DNA of 64,000 nt from a virus, in the IMG/VR virus record IMGVR_UViG_3300025383_000010, one strand, 5' to 3'. A program made the position numbers and the translations under genes. The notes under the pieces were generated by a model. The model had not been told where the DNA came from, did not search any database, and saw only the letters and a program-made list of their open reading frames with translations. This document shows, one piece after another, positions 37,125 through 44,345 of the stretch (position 1 is its first letter; each line of letters opens with the position of its first letter).

Positions 37125-38117
37125 CTAAGCATTAATTAAATTAGTCTTGAAGATTTCCCAGCAGTTTTCCCAAGACCATTTCTTACTTTCTTGATATACA
37201 GCATTGCGTCCTAAGTCTAGGCAATTATCTATTGCTACTGACAGATTTTCATCCATGAATCCAGTTATGTTCTGTTCTATTACATCAATAGGTCCAGTAA
37301 CTGGATATGCTGCAACCGGTGTTCCACATGCCATTGCCTCAATGATGACTATACCAAATGTATCGGTCTTGCTTGGAAACACAAATACATCAGCAGATGC
37401 ATAGTATTTGGCAAGCTCGGTACCTTTCTTAAGCCCAACAAACTCCACATTAGTATATTTCTTCTCAAGCTCACTGCGATATGGGCCATCACCAACTACG
37501 ATCTTTTTCGCATTAGGATAATTTAGTTCACAAAAGTCCTCAATGCTTTTCTCTTTACTGATTCTACTGACACATACAAGAGTTATCTCGGATTGTTCTT
37601 TTCTATAGTAGGGATTGAATATATCTCTGTTTACACCACGAGTCCAAGATATGATGTCTCCATTGAAACCATGCTCTTTAAGTTCGTTAACCATTGACTG
37701 CGTAGTAGTAAGCACTCTACCGCTATGTTTGTGGAACCAACGCAAATATGCATATGTCCATGATTCAGGGATACGATACAATCGTTTAAGAAACTCTGGA
37801 AACTTTGTATGATAGCTAGTGTTGTATTTCCACTTATGTTTGTCTAGCCATAACTTTGCAGCTACTCCAATTGGACCTTCAGTAGCAATATGTATGTAGT
37901 CAGGATTAATAGATTGAATCTTGGCACCAATGCGAAATGGAAGGGAAAGTTTTACTTCTGGATATCCAATAGCAGACATATGTATAAAACTATTAGGATC
38001 AATATATACGATACGATGATCATCCTTAACGGCGACTCGTTCAAGATTTCTAAAAGTTGTGACAACACCATTAACTTGTGTTCTGAGGTTGTCAGTGATT
38101 ACTAATATGGTTTTCAC
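37125..38117 (-). CDS. GT4 glycosyltransferase, Agt-like (diacylglycerol glycosyltransferase)
   Basis: QVNGVV, HIATEGPIG, YHTKFPE, FVFPSKTDTFGIVIIEAMACGTPVAAYPV. Confidence 0.85.
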   Translation of the reverse strand: MKTILVITDNLRTQVNGVVTTFRNLERVAVKDDHRIVYIDPNSFIHMSAIGYPEVKLSLPFRIGAKIQSINPDYIHIATEGPIGVAAKLWLDKHKWKYNTSYHTKFPEFLKRLYRIPESWTYAYLRWFHKHSGRVLTTTQSMVNELKEHGFNGDIISWTRGVNRDIFNPYYRKEQSEITLVCVSRISKEKSIEDFCELNYPNAKKIVVGDGPYRSELEKKYTNVEFVGLKKGTELAKYYASADVFVFPSKTDTFGIVIIEAMACGTPVAAYPVTGPIDVIEQNITGFMDENLSVAIDNCLDLGRNAVYQESKKWSWENCWEIFKTNLINA

Positions 38118-38245
38118 TGGATATGATGAGTCTTTTTATGCTTCAATGACTTCTTCAATGCCTTAAACCATAGTTTCTTCTCAGCATCTTTGTCCTTAAG
38201 CGTTATAGCTTCATACATCTTTTTTACTAGGTTCTTTGTCTTCAT
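38114..38245 (-). CDS. 43-aa Lys-rich peptide (not in ORF track)
   Basis: MKTKNLVKKMYEA...KKTHHIQ; overlaps both neighbours. Confidence 0.5.
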   Translation of the reverse strand: MKTKNLVKKMYEAITLKDKDAEKKLWFKALKKSLKHKKTHHIQ

Positions 38246-38996
38246 TTTTCATCTCCTGCCATGTAATGATTTCCCAGCGTCCGTCATGGTGTTCTACCAA
38301 TGCAGTACAACTTTCTACCCAGTCGCCGTCATTCATGTATATGATATCATCAATCATCTTAATCTCAGCATGATGGATATGTCCGCAGATTACACCTGCA
38401 TAACCCTTTCTCTTAGCATATGATGTTATGTTGCCTTCAAACTTGAATATAAAGTCCATAGCTTTTTTAACACGATGCTTGAGATATTTGCTCAGTGACC
38501 AATAACCAAAGCCCAAACGGTGCCTTATCCAATTGAATCTACTATTCAAACTCAATACGAAATCATATGCCTTATCTCCTAAGAAACTGATCCAGGGAGC
38601 TAAGCGAGTGATGCCATCAAACAAGTCACCATGCACCACCATGTATCGTTTACCATCAACACCAATATGAGTAACAGTGTTGCAGATTTTCATTCTACCA
38701 AACGTAGCTGCATATGGCATCATTGGGCGTAAAAACTCGTCATGATTGCCAGCTACATAGATCACATCAGTATCTCTTTTACTGTGACCCAAGATTCTTC
38801 GCACCACATTAGTATGTGATTGCTTCCACTTCATCTTGTTCTGTTGAATCTTCCAAGCATCTATGATGTCACCGACTAGGTATAAAGTTTCGCAGGTGTT
38901 GTGCTTTAGGAAATTGTTAAGCAAGTCTGCTTTACAATCCTTTGTGCCCAAATGGACATCCGAGATGAAGATGGTTCTGTATGTCTTGTGTGTCAT
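38211..38996 (-). CDS. PlcP-like phospholipase C (LpxH/YbbF metallophosphoesterase family)
   Basis: YRTIFISDVHLG, VGDIIDAW, GNHDE, HGDLFD, CGHIH, NDGDWVES; TAAATA 5 nt before ATG 38996. Confidence 0.8.
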   Translation of the reverse strand: MTHKTYRTIFISDVHLGTKDCKADLLNNFLKHNTCETLYLVGDIIDAWKIQQNKMKWKQSHTNVVRRILGHSKRDTDVIYVAGNHDEFLRPMMPYAATFGRMKICNTVTHIGVDGKRYMVVHGDLFDGITRLAPWISFLGDKAYDFVLSLNSRFNWIRHRLGFGYWSLSKYLKHRVKKAMDFIFKFEGNITSYAKRKGYAGVICGHIHHAEIKMIDDIIYMNDGDWVESCTALVEHHDGRWEIITWQEMKNEDKEPSKKDV

Positions 38997-39102
38997 ATAG
39001 CTATTTATCTGGTATGACCAAAGATATACATTAAAGGCTTGACATAGGCATACTATTGTGCTATAACAAGTAGTATTTGATAGAGATATGGATAAATAGT
39101 AG

Positions 39103-39648
39103 ATGAAGATCACGGAACTCCTAGAAAATGTACAGGAACAGAAACCTATCGTCTATGTTGACATGGATGGAGTACTTGCTGACCTCTACAATCACGCTGC
39201 CGACTTGCATGATGTTGATCACTACAACGATATGAGCAAGGAAGAATGGGAAACGTTCTTCAAGGATAGTGATGCTTATCACTTGTTTCGTGATATTCCA
39301 TCCTTTGCTACTGCTAACAAACTGCTTGAACTTGTAAAGAAGTATGCAGATGGTTATACTATTCTTAGTAGCCCACTGAGCTTTGATAAGGCAGGTAGCA
39401 TTAAGGGCAAAACTGAGTGGCTCAAAAAGCATATCAAGGTAAAGCCCGATAACGTAATCTTTGAGCATGACAAGTACAAGTATGCTGTTCAACCTGATGG
39501 CACTCCCAACGTGTTGATTGACGATTACGGTGTCAACACTCGTGCTTGGAATGAACACGATGGAGTTGCTTGCAAGTATCAAGCTGATGAAGATTCTCTG
39601 GATAAGGTGGTAGCAGTTCTGCAAAAGGTCTTCGGCAAAGATAAATAA
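39103..39648 (+). CDS. 5'(3')-deoxyribonucleotidase, HAD family
   Basis: VYVDMDGVLAD, ILSSP, GKTEWL, LIDD. Confidence 0.88.
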   Translation: MKITELLENVQEQKPIVYVDMDGVLADLYNHAADLHDVDHYNDMSKEEWETFFKDSDAYHLFRDIPSFATANKLLELVKKYADGYTILSSPLSFDKAGSIKGKTEWLKKHIKVKPDNVIFEHDKYKYAVQPDGTPNVLIDDYGVNTRAWNEHDGVACKYQADEDSLDKVVAVLQKVFGKDK

Positions 39649-39668
39649 GACAAAGATTCGGAGATTTT

Positions 39669-41105
39669 ATGGATACCAGAGATATTTACAAACTCGTAAG
39701 AGAACTAAGTGAAGAACGTGATGATGTCATCAATCTGCATGACAGCATGGATATTGAACTTAATGAGGGCTTTGTAATTGAAACCGGGGTAGTTGGTTTC
39801 ACAGAAGACGGCGTTATCGTTCATCTTGACGAAGATGCTATGGAGTTTCTTGACTTTAACGGTGTCCTACTTGAATCCGAAGAACTAAACGAATCTCACG
39901 ACGAATCTCCTGCATATGGTGCTACTTTAGGTCGTATTATGCGTATGCATACTGACCTTCTATCAAAGTATGGTCCTGCTGCTGTTATGGCTGCTGTAGA
40001 AGATGTAACTGGTCATTTAACTGACCTAGAAGAAATTGGCTCAAGCGATGTTAGTATCTGGGTGAGAGAAGTTATCAAGGACCTAGAAGCTGGACACTAC
40101 AAGGATCTCCATGAGGATAGCGAAGCCGATGTTGACTCCTTTAAAGCTAAGGTGGCAGCAAGCGAAGATGCATTTGATATGATATATGATGCTATCTCTG
40201 GCAATTATGGCGAAGAAATTCGTAAAGCTATCCAAGAAATGTATGATGATGTAGTTATTGATAGTCAGGGCAGATTACACCCAGATGATGACTTTGAAGA
40301 AATTATCGGTCGTGTAGTTGATCATATTGATGCCGAGAGTGGTGATATGAGCCTAAGCAATGACCACGCTGCTATGAGAGATATAATGTGGCATCCTGGA
40401 AAAATTGATGAACTTGCTGCTATTAAGAAGCTAGCATTAGGGGAAAGCTGGGCGCATAGCGATCACAACGATCCTAGATATGACGATGATTCAACTGACC
40501 CATCAGTGTCAGCTAGAGATAAGGCCCGAGCGCAAGCAAGACGCCGTGCAGAGGACGATGGCTGGGGAACAGATGATGAGCGTGAAAATGATGCTGAACT
40601 TGATGAGGGCCTCGGAAAGATGCTTCTAGGCGGTGCTGCGCTCATTGCTGCTCTCACTGGAATCAACAAGTATGAAGCCAGTCAGATGATGAAGAATGAC
40701 CCTCAGCTTGCTAAGTTGGCTCACTTCCGTGAAGTCGCACAGCAAAAAGGCGACGATGCAAAGGTTCAAGAGCTTGATGACAGAATCAAGACTACAATGG
40801 ATCACTTGACAGTAACCGGTGACGAAGTTCGTGATGAAATGGGTCGTCCAATTGATCCTGTATACGAAGCCGAATATCAAGGTCGCAAAGTTCCTCTTGG
40901 CAAGCCAATGCAGGGCGATGTCAAAAAGTCAAAGGTCTATGTTCGCAAGCCAAATGGCAAGGTCGTAAAGGTTAACTTTGGCGACAAGAACATGCGTATC
41001 AAGAAGAACAGCCCAGGACACCGCAAGAGCTTCCGCGCTCGTCACCACTGCGAGAATCCGGGACCACGCTGGAAAGCAAGATATTGGTCATGCAGAGCAT
41101 GGTAA
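39669..41105 (+). CDS. acidic modular late protein with basic C-terminal domain; putative processed virion protein
   Basis: TAAATA upstream; several L/I-x-E sites; C-terminus VNFGD...RKSFRARHHC...YWSCRAW. Confidence 0.7.
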   Translation: MDTRDIYKLVRELSEERDDVINLHDSMDIELNEGFVIETGVVGFTEDGVIVHLDEDAMEFLDFNGVLLESEELNESHDESPAYGATLGRIMRMHTDLLSKYGPAAVMAAVEDVTGHLTDLEEIGSSDVSIWVREVIKDLEAGHYKDLHEDSEADVDSFKAKVAASEDAFDMIYDAISGNYGEEIRKAIQEMYDDVVIDSQGRLHPDDDFEEIIGRVVDHIDAESGDMSLSNDHAAMRDIMWHPGKIDELAAIKKLALGESWAHSDHNDPRYDDDSTDPSVSARDKARAQARRRAEDDGWGTDDERENDAELDEGLGKMLLGGAALIAALTGINKYEASQMMKNDPQLAKLAHFREVAQQKGDDAKVQELDDRIKTTMDHLTVTGDEVRDEMGRPIDPVYEAEYQGRKVPLGKPMQGDVKKSKVYVRKPNGKVVKVNFGDKNMRIKKNSPGHRKSFRARHHCENPGPRWKARYWSCRAW

Positions 41106-41141
41106 AAATGTTTGGCTTGATTACAAGCCGTTAAATAATAC

Positions 41142-41324
41142 ATGACCAATAGTTCCAACAATGTTAGATATGAGGTTATCACTCAGGAAGATCCTGAGTC
41201 AGGTGACCTCATTATTCCTATTCCGATTCCAGTTCTCAAAAAGATGGGCTGGAAAGATGGAGATGAAGTCTCTATCGCCGTTGATGAAAACGGCCAGTTA
41301 TATCTAAAGAAAGCAGACAAATGA
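41142..41324 (+). CDS. AbrB/MazE-like small DNA-binding protein
   Basis: GDLIIPIP..VLKKMGWKDGDEV. Confidence 0.75.
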   Translation: MTNSSNNVRYEVITQEDPESGDLIIPIPIPVLKKMGWKDGDEVSIAVDENGQLYLKKADK

Positions 41325-41860
41325 ACGATGATGACAGCATCCTAGACTTAGATAGTCTATGGGAAGAGGATGCCAATACATTAACTGATTCGACCTATTC
41401 CAATACTATTTCAAGTGCCTTGGGCAACGCAACTACATTAAGTACTTCACTATCAGGCGGATATGCACTCGGTTCTTTAGGAACAGTAACGGCAAGCGGT
41501 ACAGTTGGAGCAACATTATCTACTAGCAACACCGGAAGTCTATTGTGGAATAACCCTACTTACACTGCTACTGCAAGTCCATACGCAAATGCAACAAATA
41601 ATTGGACTACTTATACGCAGCCGCAAGTTCTAAAAGTTAATGGTGACGCTGAGTTTGACGGTGATGTTAAGATTAAAGGCGTAAGCATAGGTCATCTAAA
41701 TGATAGACTTGACGCTATTGAAGAACGATTGGGTATCCTACGCCCAAACAATGACCTTGAAGGTAAGTGGGAAAAATTGAAAGCTCTCGGTGATGAGTAC
41801 CGTAGACTAGAAAAAGAAATCTTGGAGAAAGAAAATATGTGGGACATACTAAAGAAGTGA
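41321..41860 (+). CDS. hypothetical protein (Ser/Thr-rich N-terminus, coiled-coil C-terminus)
   Basis: ATGA coupling, 179 aa. Confidence 0.7.
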   Translation: MNDDDSILDLDSLWEEDANTLTDSTYSNTISSALGNATTLSTSLSGGYALGSLGTVTASGTVGATLSTSNTGSLLWNNPTYTATASPYANATNNWTTYTQPQVLKVNGDAEFDGDVKIKGVSIGHLNDRLDAIEERLGILRPNNDLEGKWEKLKALGDEYRRLEKEILEKENMWDILKK

Positions 41861-41863
41861 TTT

Positions 41864-42079
41864 ATGGCTAAAGACGATACATTAAAGATGGAAGGAGAAA
41901 TTGTAGACGTACTACCGAATGCAACGTTCAAAGTTAAACTTGAGAACGGGCTAGTGGTATTCAGCTACCTCGCAGGTAAGATGAGGCAGCATCAGATTCG
42001 TATCCTTATGGGAGATAAAGTTGACGTAGAACTTACCCCATATGATCTGTCCAAGGGACGCATAGTTAGACGCAAGTAA
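41864..42079 (+). CDS. infA: translation initiation factor IF-1
   Basis: MAKDD...[15 protein letters not shown]...GKMR...[21 protein letters not shown]. Confidence 0.97.
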   Translation: MAKDDTLKMEGEIVDVLPNATFKVKLENGLVVFSYLAGKMRQHQIRILMGDKVDVELTPYDLSKGRIVRRK

Positions 42080-42093
42080 CGATAAATACTCTC

Positions 42094-42654
42094 ATGCTAG
42101 AATTTATTAAAATGCTTGAGGGTAAATCTAAACCTAAACCCAGCGATTTAGAAATCATACCCCTAAACTTCACACAGCGTGAGGTGTCTCCAGTCATGGG
42201 CAAAGACACATTAGAGTTGCACTATGATAAGCTAGCTAAGGGTTATGCAAAACGATACAACGACAAAGAAGGCGACCGCGAGTTCAACTACGCGGGTGTA
42301 TTCCTGCATAATATTTGGTTTACTCAGTTCCGAGAAGTGCGTAACACCAATAAACCTAACGGCCCGATGCTTACCTTCATCAACAGACACTTTGGTAGTT
42401 ACGAAGACTTCAAGCGACAGTTCCTAGAGGAAGCATTGAAAATACAAGGATCGGGCTGGATTTATTTAGCGTATGATGGAAAGATCAAGACGATTGAGAA
42501 CCATGCTGTTAGAGACGATATTATATTACTCGTTGACTGGTGGGAACATTCGTTCGTTCTAGATTACGGGAGTGACAAGAAAAAATACTTGTCTGAGCTT
42601 TGGAAGATCATTAATTGGAATGTGATTAATACGAGGTGGGGCCGATCGTTATAG
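42094..42654 (+). CDS. sod: Fe/Mn superoxide dismutase-like protein
   Basis: LHY..., FLHNIWF, QGSGW, DWWEH metal-ligand motifs. Confidence 0.88.
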   Translation: MLEFIKMLEGKSKPKPSDLEIIPLNFTQREVSPVMGKDTLELHYDKLAKGYAKRYNDKEGDREFNYAGVFLHNIWFTQFREVRNTNKPNGPMLTFINRHFGSYEDFKRQFLEEALKIQGSGWIYLAYDGKIKTIENHAVRDDIILLVDWWEHSFVLDYGSDKKKYLSELWKIINWNVINTRWGRSL

Positions 42655-42656
42655 GC

Positions 42657-42736
42657 ATAAATAAAGATGTAGTTCGCGGGATTGGCGTCCCCAACTACTC
42701 TAATGCTATAGAGGAGCATCAGCTATGTGTATTTAT
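42657..42736 (+). promoter_or_regulatory. late promoter and two-hairpin structured leader of the HNH gene
   Basis: ATAAATA; GTAGTT..GGGA/TCCC..AACTAC stem; ATGCT/AGCAT stem over the SD; inverted TATTTAT at 42730. Confidence 0.65.
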
Positions 42737-43174
42737 TGCGGTACAAAACACCATCGTAAGATTTATAAAGAACACTTCGGTCCTATTCCAAAAGGTATGG
42801 ACATCCATCATATAGATGGAAATCACGCAAACAACGATCCTAACAACTTAAAAGCAGTCACCGTCAGAGAACATTACGATATTCATTATTCTCAGGGCGA
42901 TTACGGCGCGGCATATATGGTCGCCAAAAGACTAATATTGACCGAAGAAGAAAGAAGTCATATCGCATCTCTTGCTGCCAAAAAGGCAAATGCTGAAGGT
43001 AAAGCAGGATTTGGTATGGGACATGCAAGTGAAGCCGGAAAGATCGGCGGCAAAAAAGGCGGGGCCTCTGCTAAAGAGAACAAAACTGGAATCTTCAACC
43101 TAACTCCTGAACAGCATAAAATTAGACACCGAAACTCAGTGCTGTCCCGTCTGCGTAATGCGGGAAAACTATAA
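42725..43174 (+). CDS. HNH homing endonuclease
   Basis: DIHHIDGNHANNDPNNLKAV..REHYDIH. Confidence 0.9.
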   Translation: MCIYCGTKHHRKIYKEHFGPIPKGMDIHHIDGNHANNDPNNLKAVTVREHYDIHYSQGDYGAAYMVAKRLILTEEERSHIASLAAKKANAEGKAGFGMGHASEAGKIGGKKGGASAKENKTGIFNLTPEQHKIRHRNSVLSRLRNAGKL

Positions 43175-43184
43175 ATACAATACT

Positions 43185-43886
43185 ATGAAGATAAATGAAA
43201 TCTTAACTGAATCTACTGTAGATGAGATGGCTCTCCCTGCTGATTGGGATCCTGCAGCACTTGGTCACGATAAGACGTTCAAGAGCCGCCTAGATTATGC
43301 TCTACAACGTGCCCGTAGACTTGGTGGCGGTTCTAGTAGAGTTGCATTCGTCATTCCCGACAATGGACGCGACACAGTGCTTAAAATCGCTAAGAACCGT
43401 AAAGGATTAGCTCAAAACGAAGCTGAGTTAGAAGTACTAGATGATGGCTACTTAGGTAAATTAGACATCGTTATTCCTATAGTAGACTACGACAAACAGA
43501 ACCCAACTCCCACGTGGATTCAAACAGAGCTAGCAAATAAGGTAAGTCAAGCTAAGTTAGCAAAGATGCTACACGCTAATGGTCGCTGGCCAATGACCAG
43601 TTTTCTGTACGCAGTCGATAACGTATTAGGAAAAAGAAAACCAAACAGCTGGATACCCGATCTAGCAACCATCAAAAAAGAAATGATCGAGGCAGGTAGC
43701 ACCGAGCAAGACATTGACATATTCTTAGATTATGTTAATCAAGTAGCAGATTTGGTCAATTCGTCTAACTTGTTGCCGGCTGATTTCGGAAACGCAGCCA
43801 ACTGGGGCGAGTATCAAGGTCGTCCGGTTATTATTGACTTAGGATATACTCACGCAGTTCATGATTTGTATTGGGGAAGAAGATGA
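43185..43886 (+). CDS. protein-kinase-like late protein
   Basis: LGGGSSRVAF, VLKIAK, QNEAE, D....NWG, VIIDLG; TATAAATA at 43170. Confidence 0.7.
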   Translation: MKINEILTESTVDEMALPADWDPAALGHDKTFKSRLDYALQRARRLGGGSSRVAFVIPDNGRDTVLKIAKNRKGLAQNEAELEVLDDGYLGKLDIVIPIVDYDKQNPTPTWIQTELANKVSQAKLAKMLHANGRWPMTSFLYAVDNVLGKRKPNSWIPDLATIKKEMIEAGSTEQDIDIFLDYVNQVADLVNSSNLLPADFGNAANWGEYQGRPVIIDLGYTHAVHDLYWGRR

Positions 43887-44305
43887 GAGCAACAGAGTTC
43901 ATAATTGAAGAACCCATCAAACTCAGAGGCTTTGGACCATCCGAGAAATCTAAAGAATGGGTTGCGAAAGTAAATGATATGTTCCCTGAAAGTCCATTAA
44001 GTCGTAACAACAGAATCATGACTTTTGGACAAGGTAATGACATGTCTATCGTGCAGTTTGAACTTGTTCCCAAGCAACAGAACAAAGTAGAAGTCAAATG
44101 GATTCAGGCTACTCCAATGCGTACCGGCGCTGGTTCAAAGGCAATGAAGATATTACAGGATTTGGCACAACAAGATGGTATCACACTTACTTTGTTCCCA
44201 TGGGATAAAGGTGCAGTATCACAAGCCAAGCTAATCAAGTTCTACAAAAAGCAAGGGTTCAACCCAATTGGGAAATCCAAAAACATGATTTGGGAGCCCA
44301 AGTAA
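43883..44305 (+). CDS. GNAT acetyltransferase-like protein
   Basis: RTGAGSKAM (acetyl-CoA motif A), LIKFYKKQGF. Confidence 0.75.
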   Translation: MRATEFIIEEPIKLRGFGPSEKSKEWVAKVNDMFPESPLSRNNRIMTFGQGNDMSIVQFELVPKQQNKVEVKWIQATPMRTGAGSKAMKILQDLAQQDGITLTLFPWDKGAVSQAKLIKFYKKQGFNPIGKSKNMIWEPK

Positions 44306-44345
44306 CTAGCCCTTTTTGATAAATACTATCAAATAAGGACTAGAG

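Noticed and set aside
38997-39113. ORF-track N-terminal extension of the PlcP-like gene, and similar extensions of array units
   Set aside because: Better starts exist immediately after the TAAATA box or within the junction motif; the extensions overlap promoters or upstream genes.
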